Shown here one piece after another: positions 8,900 to 19,128 of a DNA stretch of 64,000 bases. Origin of the DNA: a virus (taxonomy: Duplodnaviria; Heunggongvirae; Uroviricota; Caudoviricetes); IMG/VR virus record IMGVR_UViG_3300000944_000006, positions 82,380-146,379 of that record. One strand, 5' to 3'. Under the pieces are notes generated by a model. It saw nothing but the letters and a program-made list of their open reading frames with translations, was not told the origin of the DNA and did no database searches. The stretch's first letter is position 1, and every line of letters starts with the position of its first letter. The position numbers and the translations under genes are program-made.

Positions 8900-9202
8900 C
8901 TATTCATTATGTTTACTAATATTTAAAAATCCATTAGACTTTTCAGACCAAGTAGAATATCCAGAACGATAAGAAGTTAAGTCTTCTGTCATTTCTATAA
9001 TATCCAATATACTTTTTTCTGCTTTAACATAAAGAGAACCATTTAGACATATCGTAGAATCTGATAATTTGTATGTGAAGTCATGTGCTTCATCATCGCC
9101 TATAAATTTTAGCATAGGCTCAAAATTATCAGGATTTATGCATCTCACAAACGTAAAATTATTCTCTTTAATATATTCCAAAAACTTTTTATTAATGTCC
9201 AT
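8900..9202 (-). CDS. Hypothetical protein
   Basis: 100-aa ORF. Confidence 0.55.
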   Translation of the reverse strand: MDINKKFLEYIKENNFTFVRCINPDNFEPMLKFIGDDEAHDFTYKLSDSTICLNGSLYVKAEKSILDIIEMTEDLTSYRSGYSTWSEKSNGFLNISKHNE

Positions 9203-9384
9203 TATATCTATCTTCTTTCATATCAGTATCCTTATGATGATTTTATGCAGAAAATTTTATCCAATATATATTCTTTACTACAATATTCATCATAATATTC
9301 TTCAATATTTAAAAACGTATCTAGTCGCTCTTTTTGAACGTCTTCAACAATAGATAAAATTTCTTTTGATATTTCTTTCACTAT

Positions 9385-9642
9385 TTATTCCACGCTTTCT
9401 AAGAACTGCTTTTCGCGGCGCAAGTAACGTTCATAAAAAGCCATTTCAGCTTCAGTGACTTTTTTGTTTTTGATAACTTTTTCACGCACATTACGAAACA
9501 TTTTCAGGCGGTCTTGTTGACTACGGCCAAAGATTTCACTCTTTTTATCACGATGCATTGCGTTTTTAGTTTTACGTGCAACGTTAGGTCGTTGACCTTT
9601 GGAAGTATATTTTGTTTTACCAGTGCTTTTACGTTTTGCCAT
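9385..9642 (-). CDS. Small basic protein of T4-like phages
   Basis: MAKRKSTGKTKYTSKGQRPNV; K/R-rich. Confidence 0.65.
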   Translation of the reverse strand: MAKRKSTGKTKYTSKGQRPNVARKTKNAMHRDKKSEIFGRSQQDRLKMFRNVREKVIKNKKVTEAEMAFYERYLRREKQFLESVE

Positions 9643-9685
9643 TATTTATTCTTTCTTTGTTTAATATGCAATTTATAATTACACT

Positions 9686-9693
9686 TATAAATA
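9686..9693 (+). promoter_or_regulatory. Late promoter, leaderless configuration
   Basis: TATAAATA-TTGTT-ATG(9699). Confidence 0.7.
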
Positions 9694-9698
9694 TTGTT

Positions 9699-10259
9699 AT
9701 GGAAATATATAACAACGACTGCTTTATTTGTAAAGCACAATATACTACAAAAAGCATAATATCAAAATATTGCTCAAAAAACTGCAAAGAAAGGGCTTAT
9801 AGAAAACGTATAAGAGAAGGAAGAAAAGATAAAGAGTTAAACTGCTATCTTTGTGAAAGCAAGTTTATTATAATTTCAGGTTCGTCTTCACAACGAAAGC
9901 ACTGTTATAATGAATCTTGTAGTAAAGAACATGCTAAAATTCTTAGAAAACGAAGCTACAAAAAAAGAATGAAAAATTCAAATAATAGAAAAAAACATAA
10001 CGAGCAGACTAGAAAATCACAAACAAAGGTGAGGGATTTTATTGCAAAATATAAAACAGAAAGAGGATGCGTAGACTGTGGATACAACAAACATTTTTCA
10101 GCATTACAACTAGACCACGAAGGAATTAAAACACTATCTATTGCAGATGCAAGAAGTAGTATAACAAGATTTCTAAAAGAAGTTAAAGATGGTAATTGTG
10201 TCGTTAGATGTGCAAATTGCCATTCAATAAAAACTTGGGAAAGAAAACATAATATTTAG
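9699..10259 (+). CDS. HNH endonuclease with N-terminal zinc-finger repeats (free-standing homing endonuclease-like)
   Basis: CxxC...CSxxC repeats; C-terminal CVDCG...LDH...CVVRCANCH; antisense to the core operon. Confidence 0.8.
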   Translation: MEIYNNDCFICKAQYTTKSIISKYCSKNCKERAYRKRIREGRKDKELNCYLCESKFIIISGSSSQRKHCYNESCSKEHAKILRKRSYKKRMKNSNNRKKHNEQTRKSQTKVRDFIAKYKTERGCVDCGYNKHFSALQLDHEGIKTLSIADARSSITRFLKEVKDGNCVVRCANCHSIKTWERKHNI

Positions 10260-10786
10260 GAATCTATATCTAAATATTCTTTCCAATCTATAGAACCTTC
10301 ATTCGTCAAAAACCCCCAACTTTTTGTTGATTTTCCGTGCCAAAAAAGTGTCCATGTTGGTTCATCATTTGGTATTTCTAATTTATGGTAATGTGTATTT
10401 TTTCTTGAAATATAAGAAAATCTCTTTTTAGGTATCTTTCTTGTTACAATTTTTTTACTATTTTCATTTTTATCAAATTCAGTGTGTGAATATACTTCTT
10501 CAATATAAGAACCTTTTAATATGAAAGTCTTGAAGGGCCATTTGTGGTCGTGTAAATGTTCGTCTTCATCAGACTTTAAAATCTTATGTAAAAATAAATT
10601 AGCACCTTTTCCTTCACCACCCTTACGCCACAAATAATAACGTATCATATAAGGTTCTTTTCCATCACGGTCTAGTATGACTCTTTTACGACCAATTTCT
10701 TCCATGATTTTATCTAACCCTCTATCGTAAATGATAGCTAAGGTCGTGACTGCGATAACACCAATTAAATATAAAACAAACCACAT
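10256..10786 (-). CDS. Cupin-fold protein with N-terminal TM helix
   Basis: HLHDHKWPF...LKGSYIE and HYHKL metal-binding motifs. Confidence 0.7.
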   Translation of the reverse strand: MWFVLYLIGVIAVTTLAIIYDRGLDKIMEEIGRKRVILDRDGKEPYMIRYYLWRKGGEGKGANLFLHKILKSDEDEHLHDHKWPFKTFILKGSYIEEVYSHTEFDKNENSKKIVTRKIPKKRFSYISRKNTHYHKLEIPNDEPTWTLFWHGKSTKSWGFLTNEGSIDWKEYLDIDS

Positions 10787-10789
10787 AAT

Positions 10790-10962
10790 CTAACCACCAC
10801 ATCCATAGCTACCACAAAATAATTCACATCCTTCATGTTCTATAGGACATTCCCATGCAGGTTTTCCGCGATTAGCTGTTTTAAAAAATTTTCATCAAGG
10901 GTTTCTGCATCACCTTGTTTATCCACATAAGAGTGAACAAATTTATCTTTTTTCTTATCCAT
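10790..10962 (-). CDS. Small Cys-rich protein interrupted by a -1 frameshift at TTTTTTA
   Basis: Frame 0 gives a 40-aa ORF (stop 10840). The -1 frame continues KTANRGKPAWECPIEHEGCELFCGSYGCGG and stops 3 nt before the cupin ATG. Confidence 0.5.
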
Positions 10963-12220
10963 TGTAATCCATTACTTTCATTTTAGGCTTTTCTACATAA
11001 ACCATGAATGTGTCTTTATTATTTTCATAAAGACGGTTCTTCAAAATCTTTATACGCTGTAAATTTTGATTACGCAACTCTTCAGTTTCCATAATACCAT
11101 ATGCAAGGTCTGCTGTATGAGCAATAGCATAGCTTTCTGACATTTCCGTCAAATCAAAATCAGCAGCTTTAGAACCTTCTTTATTAATCTGTGTTGCCGT
11201 AATTAAAGGGACATTATATTCAACAGCAATACCACGCAATTCTTCTGCAACAGCTTTAAATCGGAAATAAGAGCCTGCTTCACGACCACATCGAACAGAA
11301 TTGAAAAGGTTTAGATAATCGACATAAACAACATCTGGCACAATGCCCTTCTTATGCATCAATTCTCGTAAGAAGGCACGTAGTGTAGATGTATCAGCAA
11401 TCCCTGTAGGATATTCTTTAACAATCAATGTTGCTTTATAATCTCTATACATTTTCTTAGCAGATGCTAGAAACATTTTTTTATTGAAAGACGGAAGCAT
11501 TGATAATCGTTCGTCAAGAAGATTGCCATATATACGTTGACATATTTTTTGCTCTGACATTTCACCAGAAAAATAAACAACGTTTCGTCCAAATCGTAAA
11601 TCATCAGCAGCGAGAGAACACATGTGCATTGATTTACCAGTGTTCGTAGGCGCACATATAACTGTTAATGTTTTCTTCTCATTACCACCACCTGTATATT
11701 CATTAAGCTTTTTGATTTTAAACGGCAGTTTTTCTTTTTCTTCAGACATTATATCAAAAAGTTGTTCAGCGTCTTCAAAAATATCAAAGCCTATGTCATC
11801 ATGATAACCTTTAGAAAGGGCTTCTTTAAATAATTCAGGAAGTTCATTTATATTACTATCTGTTTCAATTTTTTCAACAGCTTTGACAACAGCATTATAT
11901 ACAGAACGTTTTCTTATCCAATTATTTGTTTCTTCAAAAAGCCATACGATATCTATATCTTCTGTATTGGCAAAACATTCTGTGATTCTCTTTTCGCATG
12001 TATTAAATATTTCTTGTTCCATAGATATGCCAGAAACAATAGTTTTCAAAACTGTGGCAGACAAAGGTTTTTGATATTTTGAATAATATTTTGTTATTAC
12101 TGAAAATAGTTTTTTGTTTGCGTTATCTTCAAATAAATCTTGTGATATATATGGTGTTGTTCTTCGTGCAAACTTTTCGTTTTTTATGATTGTGTCAACA
12201 ATCAATTTTTCAATATTCAA
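10955..12220 (-). CDS. gp41: Replicative DnaB-like helicase
   Basis: APTNTGKS Walker A, VVYVDYLNL, ITATQIN; T4 synteny. Confidence 0.95.
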   Translation of the reverse strand: MNIEKLIVDTIIKNEKFARRTTPYISQDLFEDNANKKLFSVITKYYSKYQKPLSATVLKTIVSGISMEQEIFNTCEKRITECFANTEDIDIVWLFEETNNWIRKRSVYNAVVKAVEKIETDSNINELPELFKEALSKGYHDDIGFDIFEDAEQLFDIMSEEKEKLPFKIKKLNEYTGGGNEKKTLTVICAPTNTGKSMHMCSLAADDLRFGRNVVYFSGEMSEQKICQRIYGNLLDERLSMLPSFNKKMFLASAKKMYRDYKATLIVKEYPTGIADTSTLRAFLRELMHKKGIVPDVVYVDYLNLFNSVRCGREAGSYFRFKAVAEELRGIAVEYNVPLITATQINKEGSKAADFDLTEMSESYAIAHTADLAYGIMETEELRNQNLQRIKILKNRLYENNKDTFMVYVEKPKMKVMDYNG

Positions 12221-12224
12221 TTAT

Positions 12225-12437
12225 TTAGATTCCTTCTGCATACTCTATGATTCTTGCAAATATTTCGTCTTGCAAGTTCTTTTTAATTAATTTCTTGTTA
12301 TGTGGATTAGCTATGATATCAGTGTCAAACGAAAGAGATTTTTTTCTTCGATTAAATTTAATATTATATACATTTACCTTAACCCCGAAATTTTCGGGAT
12401 TAGTTAAAATAACTTCAGTGACTTTTTTATCTGTCAT
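12225..12437 (-). CDS. Small protein at the T4 gp40 position
   Basis: 70 aa between uvsX and gp41; synteny only. Confidence 0.45.
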   Translation of the reverse strand: MTDKKVTEVILTNPENFGVKVNVYNIKFNRRKKSLSFDTDIIANPHNKKLIKKNLQDEIFARIIEYAEGI

Positions 12438-13528
12438 TAATCGTACTTGATTTCGCCAAATATTTCTTCATTGATTAATGTAGAACCATCACCAGAAAGT
12501 GAGTAAGCATTTTCGACAGCTTCTGTGAAGTCAGTATTTTTAAATATAGGTAGCCAAAAATCTTTTACGGATGTAGCTTTCTTCTTAAATTTTTTCTGGG
12601 CCGCTTCTTGGTCTTCAAATTTATCATTACCGATTAAACAATCACGTTGATAAAGCTGTGCTGTAGGTTTTGTAACATAACCAAGAGAAACAGCTATATC
12701 TAGTAGTCCGCTCCATTGATTTACACCACCTTTACCCTCTTTGCTAAACTTCACGTTTACAGGAAACTTAGAACCTTCTTTAATGGTACGAGATTTTTCT
12801 GTGTTAAGAATAAAGTTATACCCTTCAAGTTCTTTCTTGGAATTGTCTTTATCTTTCTGTCGACCAATAATAAAAATATCATTTGCTAGGTAATATGGCC
12901 CGTCACCACCACTCACAACAGGCTTAGGATACATATCTTGTGTCATATAGATATGTCCAACAACAATTAAAGGCACTTTTTTAATCATTAGTGGGACTGT
13001 GACTGTACGTGTCAAAGATTTTATTTGCTTCGCGCGGGTCATATCTTGTTTGTATTTACCATCTTTAGCGTCTTCGACTTCTTTCTTAGAAGCAATATTG
13101 CCAAGAGAGTCCCAAAAGAAAATAACACGTTCGCCCTTTTCAATAAGTTCAAGGTCTTTAGACATTTCCATTTTTAAGTCTACAACTGTCGGAACAAGTT
13201 TATGCACAACTCTATCTGTGTCGATACCTTGCATCTCGAAATATTCTAATGAAGCGCCCATTTCTGTGTCATAAAAAATACAGGTCGCATCTTCATACTT
13301 ATCAAAAAAAGCTTTAACACAAATTAAACCAAATAGTGTTTTAAAATGTTTAGATTTTCCCGCAAATATCAAAGCACCTGCGGACACACCACCTTCCAAA
13401 AGTTTTCCTGACAAAGCCAAGTTCATAATTGGGACTGATGTAGGAGCAAATTCTTTTTCTTCAATGTCAGTCATCAGACCAACTTTTTCTAGCTTTGAGT
13501 TTTTGAGATATTTGTCACGAATTGACAT
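12437..13528 (-). CDS. uvsX: RecA-like recombinase
   Basis: AGKSKHFKT P-loop, WDSLGN, DMTRAK, VSGG. Confidence 0.95.
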   Translation of the reverse strand: MSIRDKYLKNSKLEKVGLMTDIEEKEFAPTSVPIMNLALSGKLLEGGVSAGALIFAGKSKHFKTLFGLICVKAFFDKYEDATCIFYDTEMGASLEYFEMQGIDTDRVVHKLVPTVVDLKMEMSKDLELIEKGERVIFFWDSLGNIASKKEVEDAKDGKYKQDMTRAKQIKSLTRTVTVPLMIKKVPLIVVGHIYMTQDMYPKPVVSGGDGPYYLANDIFIIGRQKDKDNSKKELEGYNFILNTEKSRTIKEGSKFPVNVKFSKEGKGGVNQWSGLLDIAVSLGYVTKPTAQLYQRDCLIGNDKFEDQEAAQKKFKKKATSVKDFWLPIFKNTDFTEAVENAYSLSGDGSTLINEEIFGEIKYD

Positions 13529-13638
13529 AGGCAGGTTTCATCCTTTTTTTATTATTATTGCGACTCTTTTATTGGTCGATTTTTGCCTAATACAGATTCA
13601 ATTATATAATGTCAATAGAAACTATCCTGATTTTAGGA

Positions 13639-13926
13639 TTATACTCCATAGACTTTTCCGTCTACTACAATTCTATCAATTTGATAATCTGATATGTCAT
13701 ATGTATATTCGAATATAAAATCATTTATATCAAATTTTTTTTCTATCGTAAAATATATAATACATTGCTGTTTATTATGAAATTTTTTAAAACTTGGATG
13801 CATAAACCACATCTTTTTATCGGAAGTTTCTATTCTAAGTTCTTCCATATGCCCGTCTATAGTACCACTAAGTTTATACTTGTATTGTTCATCTATAATA
13901 TCGGCAGTTTTAAGCTTATATTTCAT
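13639..13926 (-). CDS. YKYK-family small protein
   Basis: YKYKLSG...CIIYF...QIDRIV. Confidence 0.7.
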   Translation of the reverse strand: MKYKLKTADIIDEQYKYKLSGTIDGHMEELRIETSDKKMWFMHPSFKKFHNKQQCIIYFTIEKKFDINDFIFEYTYDISDYQIDRIVVDGKVYGV

Positions 13927-14732
13927 TATTCCAACACATCTTTCATAGTGATGTAATCTACATGTTGGTTTCCGACATCAATAGAACCATCTTGCATGAT
14001 ATCCATATAGCTTAATTTTCCATTAACAAAGTCTTTACCAGAACCTGTATCAATAAAATAAGCTTTTCCGCCAATATCATTAGTAACACATGATATATTC
14101 TCATAAGTATTATGTCCAAGAACAACAACTACACCTTCTGGTATATCATTAATCCAGAGATATTTGTTTCTCCAATCTGCTACAATTTTTGAAGAATGCG
14201 GGCCATATAAACTATATTGCTCAATACGTTTTAAATCTTTCGAAGTTAATAATCTCGAATCATGTTCTTCGAAAATAGGATGGTATGCAGCATGTGAAAA
14301 TCTAAAGTTTTTCCAACTTATGCGATAATGCATATCTTGCATAAATTCTATGAACATAAAAAGTTCATCGTCAGTAAGCTTGTTCAAATCCTTTAAAGCA
14401 CGGTGATGATAGTCACGGACTTCTAACTTTGGATTAAGCATATATTTGTAGTGTTTAAATTCATGATTGCCCGCCACAAATTGTCCATAGCCTTCGTGCT
14501 TCATCATCAACGAAAGTAACAAGCAATCTTTGCTTTGCGGGCCACGGTCTACTAGGTCGCCTAACTGTATCGGGAATAGTTTGTTTTCAAAAGCTTCAAT
14601 AACCAATTTTTCATAATCATCATACATACCATGCACATCTCCTATGACACGCACACCTATATAATAGTCGGATAGATTATCTATCTTTAGCCCATAAGGG
14701 ATTCCAGTGTATATGTTTTTTTGGTATTCCAT
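13926..14732 (-). CDS. PPP-family Ser/Thr-phosphatase-like metallophosphoesterase
   Basis: GDVHG, GDLVDRGP, GNHE, SHA, LGHN, IDTG. Confidence 0.85.
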   Translation of the reverse strand: MEYQKNIYTGIPYGLKIDNLSDYYIGVRVIGDVHGMYDDYEKLVIEAFENKLFPIQLGDLVDRGPQSKDCLLLSLMMKHEGYGQFVAGNHEFKHYKYMLNPKLEVRDYHHRALKDLNKLTDDELFMFIEFMQDMHYRISWKNFRFSHAAYHPIFEEHDSRLLTSKDLKRIEQYSLYGPHSSKIVADWRNKYLWINDIPEGVVVVLGHNTYENISCVTNDIGGKAYFIDTGSGKDFVNGKLSYMDIMQDGSIDVGNQHVDYITMKDVLE

Positions 14733-15793
14733 CCAACATGTTCTGCAATAGTTTTCAACGGTTTTAAAAAGGTCTTTTCGAATTGCTTATTATAATCTAT
14801 AAAATCTAATAAGTCAAATTCTTTGGGAAGTTTTTCGGGGTATGCTATTTTTTCTTCGCCTGTTATATTTGGTGTTTTAAGATATACCAACTTGATTTTA
14901 TTGCCGTCTGTGACTGTCTCATACATGCCTGTGAGAGACATTTCTTTTAAAAGATTGTTATACCCATAAGCAGCTTTAACATGATGTGGCGTACCTAAAG
15001 GTTGATATCCAGATGTTGTCGTTGGGTCACTATATTTTCTTATTCCAGAAACACCAGTGTTTTCAGATATAGACACCACATCTAAAGCCATAAATTCTTT
15101 TTTGAAATTTGCAATAAACTGTATAAGTTCGTCATTATCTTTTTGTAGCATAATAACCAAAGCTTCTTTAAGTCTCTTACGACATATTTCAGGATATGAA
15201 GACCGTATAGCTTCCATACCCATAATTTTCTGTTTAGCATTAGGATAATATGTAATTGATTCGTTTGCCAATACATTTAGCGCATATCGTTTTTTTCCTG
15301 TCCATATACCTGTATCGGCTATGACTTCTCTATCCATAAACATCAGTTGATGCATTGAATTAGCTTTCTTGAAAATATTCTCGAAGGTTTGTTCGAATAT
15401 GGGACGTATAATCTTTTCGCCAAATTTATCGATAAATTTTACACGGTTTGGTTCTTCAATTTGGGGGTATAATTCGAATACCTTTTCTAATTCTATATAA
15501 ACCGAATCAGTGTCAATATAAAACACATATTCAACATCTGTTGTTTTAAAGAATTCATTTAGTCTTTTATCAACATCTCTTGCAACTTCTTTGATTACCA
15601 TTTGTCCAAATAGTGTAATAGCTTCTGCCATTTTCAAAGAATAGTATCGAGAGTATCTATTGCCTAAAAACCCATATGCGCTGTTACTTGCAACTTTAAC
15701 CCCCTTTTGCATCATGTCGAAACGTTCTTTTTGTCCAACAGTATCTTTATATTTTTGTAACAGTTCTTCGTCTGTTAATTTTTTTAAATCCAT
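14687..15793 (-). CDS. gp43: Family B DNA polymerase, C-terminal half (gp43B)
   Basis: KVASNSAYG (motif B), YIDTDS (motif C), KKRYAL. Confidence 0.93.
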   Translation of the reverse strand: MDLKKLTDEELLQKYKDTVGQKERFDMMQKGVKVASNSAYGFLGNRYSRYYSLKMAEAITLFGQMVIKEVARDVDKRLNEFFKTTDVEYVFYIDTDSVYIELEKVFELYPQIEEPNRVKFIDKFGEKIIRPIFEQTFENIFKKANSMHQLMFMDREVIADTGIWTGKKRYALNVLANESITYYPNAKQKIMGMEAIRSSYPEICRKRLKEALVIMLQKDNDELIQFIANFKKEFMALDVVSISENTGVSGIRKYSDPTTTSGYQPLGTPHHVKAAYGYNNLLKEMSLTGMYETVTDGNKIKLVYLKTPNITGEEKIAYPEKLPKEFDLLDFIDYNKQFEKTFLKPLKTIAEHVGWNTKKTYTLESLMG

Positions 15794-16044
15794 TACTGTC
15801 TAAAAACTCTATCAATTTTAATATCATAAGGTGGAATATAATACACATTTTGTGAACCGTTTCTATAGTTACAAATAGTTTTTTTAACAGTTGTGAAAAT
15901 AGTTATGTCTTCGCCTTCAATACCAAGAAATTTCTCACTGTCTATATAATAAGTTTTGAAAGTGGTACGTTCAATACACATGAAAGGAATTTTATCTCCA
16001 TTATCAGTGCCCATATTTCCATGTAATTTATACTTGTATGTCAT
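15793..16044 (-). CDS. YKYK-family protein between the polymerase halves
   Basis: MTYKYKLHG...ITIF...IKIDRV; TAATG overlaps at both ends. Confidence 0.75.
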   Translation of the reverse strand: MTYKYKLHGNMGTDNGDKIPFMCIERTTFKTYYIDSEKFLGIEGEDITIFTTVKKTICNYRNGSQNVYYIPPYDIKIDRVFRQ

Positions 16045-17510
16045 TACTCTAAACCACGTTTTTTCATCTCTTCTTTTATTTCAAGAGACATTTGTTCATA
16101 TTCAAACATTTTCTTTTTATACACTTTACGTTCATCGCCAAGTTTTTCAAGTAATTTCGGAATAATACCTGTAAAATCTTTTGTAAAAGATTGACCATTG
16201 CAAGATATAGCACAATTATTACTAAAAACTTCTTGCGGTATATCGTTGTTAAGAAAACGTTCTACACCACCTTCCAGATGATAGCCATCATAAAATTTCC
16301 GCATAGTTTCTGGGGATACATTAGATTGTCGTATCAAAGATGGATATAGAGACGATAAATCATAGCTTACCGCCCATTTACGCATACCCTTAATAGGTTC
16401 TTTTACATACGCGCCCGCATACTTACGAATAAATTGTTTTTCTCTCTTAGGGGGGATTATAACACCTTCTTTTTTTAGTTCGGTATAGAGTAGCGTATCC
16501 CAACATTTAACAGGTGACGAAACATCTTCGAAATTTACACCAAACTTATATGCCATCAACACAGTAAATTCTATAAGCTTAAGTTTCTGGTCTATTTCTT
16601 CGACAATCTCAACGTCTCGAATATTATAGGTTATGTAGGTTTGATAGTCTGTAAGATATAATTTATGCAAAGAGCCTTCAAACTTTACTTTACCTTTACC
16701 AACTTCAACTTCACCAATATGGTCAAGTGTGTAATTATCACGCGGGTCAAGTATATTTTTTTGATATAACGCAAGTAAATCTAACTGCTGAACGCCATAT
16801 AATTTAACATTCAATTCAATCTTGTCATACTTACCAGTAACTGTTCTAGGCCAAGCTTTCTTCCAAGGCGATAATCTCTTAGCATCTTTTTCCGACATGA
16901 CATTTGTAATTCTATTATACAAATATGGAATATCAAATCCTGTAATATTCCATCCTGTAACTATATCAGGACTCTTAACTTCCCAAAAACGAATAAATGC
17001 ATCAAGCATTTCTAATTCATCTTTAAATTTAAAATACATATTGTCGGGATTATTAGACTTATATTCTTGGCAACCAAAAGTATAGTATCTATCACCACGT
17101 ATTTTAATAGTTATGGCAGTAAGAGGCATAGCAGCATACATAGGGTCTGGGAAAGAATCACCAACTTCTGTTTCGATATCTATATTAGCAATAACCATTT
17201 TAGATATGTCGAAATCAATGTCTACACCATAATCTTCACCAATAAATTGATATTCTGGATTAATTGTACCATGTATTTCCAGAATATCATTATTGTTTTT
17301 TATAAACTGTTTATAATCTTTTATATCAGTTTCACATTCGCGAAGACTGTCGCCTTTATATAAAGATATAAATCCAGTATCTGTCGGAGTATTGTCATTA
17401 AGAAAATACGAAGGACTGTATCGAACTTTGTTTTTAAATCGTTTACCGTCCAGTACACCACGATAGCAAATAGAGTTACCTATGGTTTCGACAGATGTAT
17501 AAAATTCCAT
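16044..17510 (-). CDS. gp43: Family B DNA polymerase, N-terminal half (gp43A: exonuclease plus motif A)
   Basis: DIET, GWN..GFD, YNIRDV, SYDLSSLYPS; ends in the fingers helix. Confidence 0.93.
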   Translation of the reverse strand: MEFYTSVETIGNSICYRGVLDGKRFKNKVRYSPSYFLNDNTPTDTGFISLYKGDSLRECETDIKDYKQFIKNNNDILEIHGTINPEYQFIGEDYGVDIDFDISKMVIANIDIETEVGDSFPDPMYAAMPLTAITIKIRGDRYYTFGCQEYKSNNPDNMYFKFKDELEMLDAFIRFWEVKSPDIVTGWNITGFDIPYLYNRITNVMSEKDAKRLSPWKKAWPRTVTGKYDKIELNVKLYGVQQLDLLALYQKNILDPRDNYTLDHIGEVEVGKGKVKFEGSLHKLYLTDYQTYITYNIRDVEIVEEIDQKLKLIEFTVLMAYKFGVNFEDVSSPVKCWDTLLYTELKKEGVIIPPKREKQFIRKYAGAYVKEPIKGMRKWAVSYDLSSLYPSLIRQSNVSPETMRKFYDGYHLEGGVERFLNNDIPQEVFSNNCAISCNGQSFTKDFTGIIPKLLEKLGDERKVYKKKMFEYEQMSLEIKEEMKKRGLE

Positions 17511-17512
17511 TT

Positions 17513-18175
17513 TTAAGGATGTTTCACTTTCTCTATACGTTCTTTTGCAATTTTAAAATATTCTTCATCTTTTTCTATACCGATGAAGTTACGATTTAGA
17601 TTCACGCAGGCTACGCCTGTAGTGCCAGACCCCATTGTGAAATCAAGAACAGTATCACCTTCGTTTGTGGATGATTCTATTATATATTCCATCAATTTTA
17701 CAGGTTTTTCTGTAGGGTGAATTTTACTTCTTCCAACAGGAAATTTCCATATAGGCTTTTCACAATGTCTATTAAATTTTGCTTTTGGTTTTCTTGCAAA
17801 TACACAAAACTCACTTCCCGACAACCATAAACGTTTACCATTCATAGGGCTTGGATTTGTTTTTTCCCAAGAACAGAGTCTCGTAGTTAATTTTTTATCT
17901 CGAAAATTTTTATCTATTTTAGATATCTGTTGTATTCCACAAAAAATATATAAAGAATCTGTAAATAATCTAAATGCTTCCTCACACATTTTATCTAAAT
18001 CAATATCACACACATCTGCCTTTTCTCTATTTAATTTTCTTAATCCAGATGATTTTTGATTAACTTCTCCATATGGTATATCAGATAATATACAAGTTAC
18101 TTTACCTTTCGGCAAACGTTTCATTATTTCTATACAGTCACCATGAAATAAATATGTCTTTGATTTAATGGTCAT
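17513..18175 (-). CDS. Beta-class amino (N6A/N4C) DNA methyltransferase 1
   Basis: DIPYG before HPTEKP and DFTMGSGTTG. Confidence 0.9.
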   Translation of the reverse strand: MTIKSKTYLFHGDCIEIMKRLPKGKVTCILSDIPYGEVNQKSSGLRKLNREKADVCDIDLDKMCEEAFRLFTDSLYIFCGIQQISKIDKNFRDKKLTTRLCSWEKTNPSPMNGKRLWLSGSEFCVFARKPKAKFNRHCEKPIWKFPVGRSKIHPTEKPVKLMEYIIESSTNEGDTVLDFTMGSGTTGVACVNLNRNFIGIEKDEEYFKIAKERIEKVKHP

Positions 18176-18176
18176 T

Positions 18177-18482
18177 TTATTCGGCTAATAGAATATTTGG
18201 GTTAGGGATGATTAGGCCAGACATAAACTTTGTATATTCACCTAAAACTTCTTCTGAAATTTCAGAAGTAGCAAGAAGTATATTGTTTTTATAGACTTCT
18301 ATCTGTGCATCTTCTTTTATGAAGACTGTTGTATATTTCGTGATAAGCATTTTCTTATCTTCTTCGTCTTGTTGAAACGTAGCAGTATCCTTAAGAGTTA
18401 CATAATCTTCTGTTTCTGATACGACATCTCCCATAATAGGTTGACGTGTGTTTAGAATAAATAGCTTAATATTTTTTTTCAT
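18177..18482 (-). CDS. Hypothetical protein, possibly Sm-like fold
   Basis: IKLFILNTRQPIMGDV pattern and position next to regA, as in other T4-likes. Confidence 0.5.
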   Translation of the reverse strand: MKKNIKLFILNTRQPIMGDVVSETEDYVTLKDTATFQQDEEDKKMLITKYTTVFIKEDAQIEVYKNNILLATSEISEEVLGEYTKFMSGLIIPNPNILLAE

Positions 18483-18653
18483 TTAAGTTCTTTCGTTTGT
18501 TATTATTTTTATATCGAAATCTTCGTTTTTACGATTTCGTAAAAACTGTGTTTTATTATATTCAGCTTGGGCTTCTGTATTGAATGGGCCTAAGTATCGG
18601 AACGCTCTATTTGTGATTACATGCCGAATTTGTACTGAATAAGTTGTAGCCAT
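18483..18653 (-). CDS. Small hypothetical protein (56 aa)
   Basis: Manually translated MATTYSVQIRH...YLGPFNTEAQA; abuts the next gene. Confidence 0.5.
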   Translation of the reverse strand: MATTYSVQIRHVITNRAFRYLGPFNTEAQAEYNKTQFLRNRKNEDFDIKIITNERT

Positions 18654-18720
18654 AAATTTAATGTTCCTTTATATAAAAAACTTTCCTTTATTAAGGATTT
18701 TATACCGTGTTTGTCAACTA

Positions 18721-19128
18721 TTATTTTCCAACTTGATATTTTGTTTCAAAAATCCAATCATTTTTGTCTGCGTATTTTATCACAGAAATTCCAAGAGTGT
18801 TGATAGGGCGGGCCTTTTCTGGCTTGTCTATAAAGTTAATATGCCCCCATTTTTTTAAACAATAACATATACTATCACGTTTCTCTAAGTCTATGTCACT
18901 ATAATTACGAACACCATTTTCAAGTTCAAAAAATTCCTTGTAATGTAAGATAAAGTAACGAGACTGTTTATGTAAAATATGACATTCTTGTATCAATAAT
19001 TTTGTGTCAAAATCTGCTTGACCCATGCGCGAAAGAGTTTCTTTTATTGTTAAAAAATTATTTCCTTTTATATTTTGTGCATCTGGTTTTAACTGCACTT
19101 CAATGCCATTATTAATCATTATCTTCAC
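18721..19128 (-). CDS. regA: Translational repressor
   Basis: FLTIKETLSRMG, CHILHKQSRYFILHYKE. Confidence 0.92.
   Translation of the reverse strand: MKIMINNGIEVQLKPDAQNIKGNNFLTIKETLSRMGQADFDTKLLIQECHILHKQSRYFILHYKEFFELENGVRNYSDIDLEKRDSICYCLKKWGHINFIDKPEKARPINTLGISVIKYADKNDWIFETKYQVGK

Noticed and set aside
15793-16044. Self-splicing intron or intein between the polymerase halves
   Set aside because: The gap is entirely occupied by one ORF with TAATG overlaps, leaving no room for a ribozyme, and neither half has intein terminal motifs.
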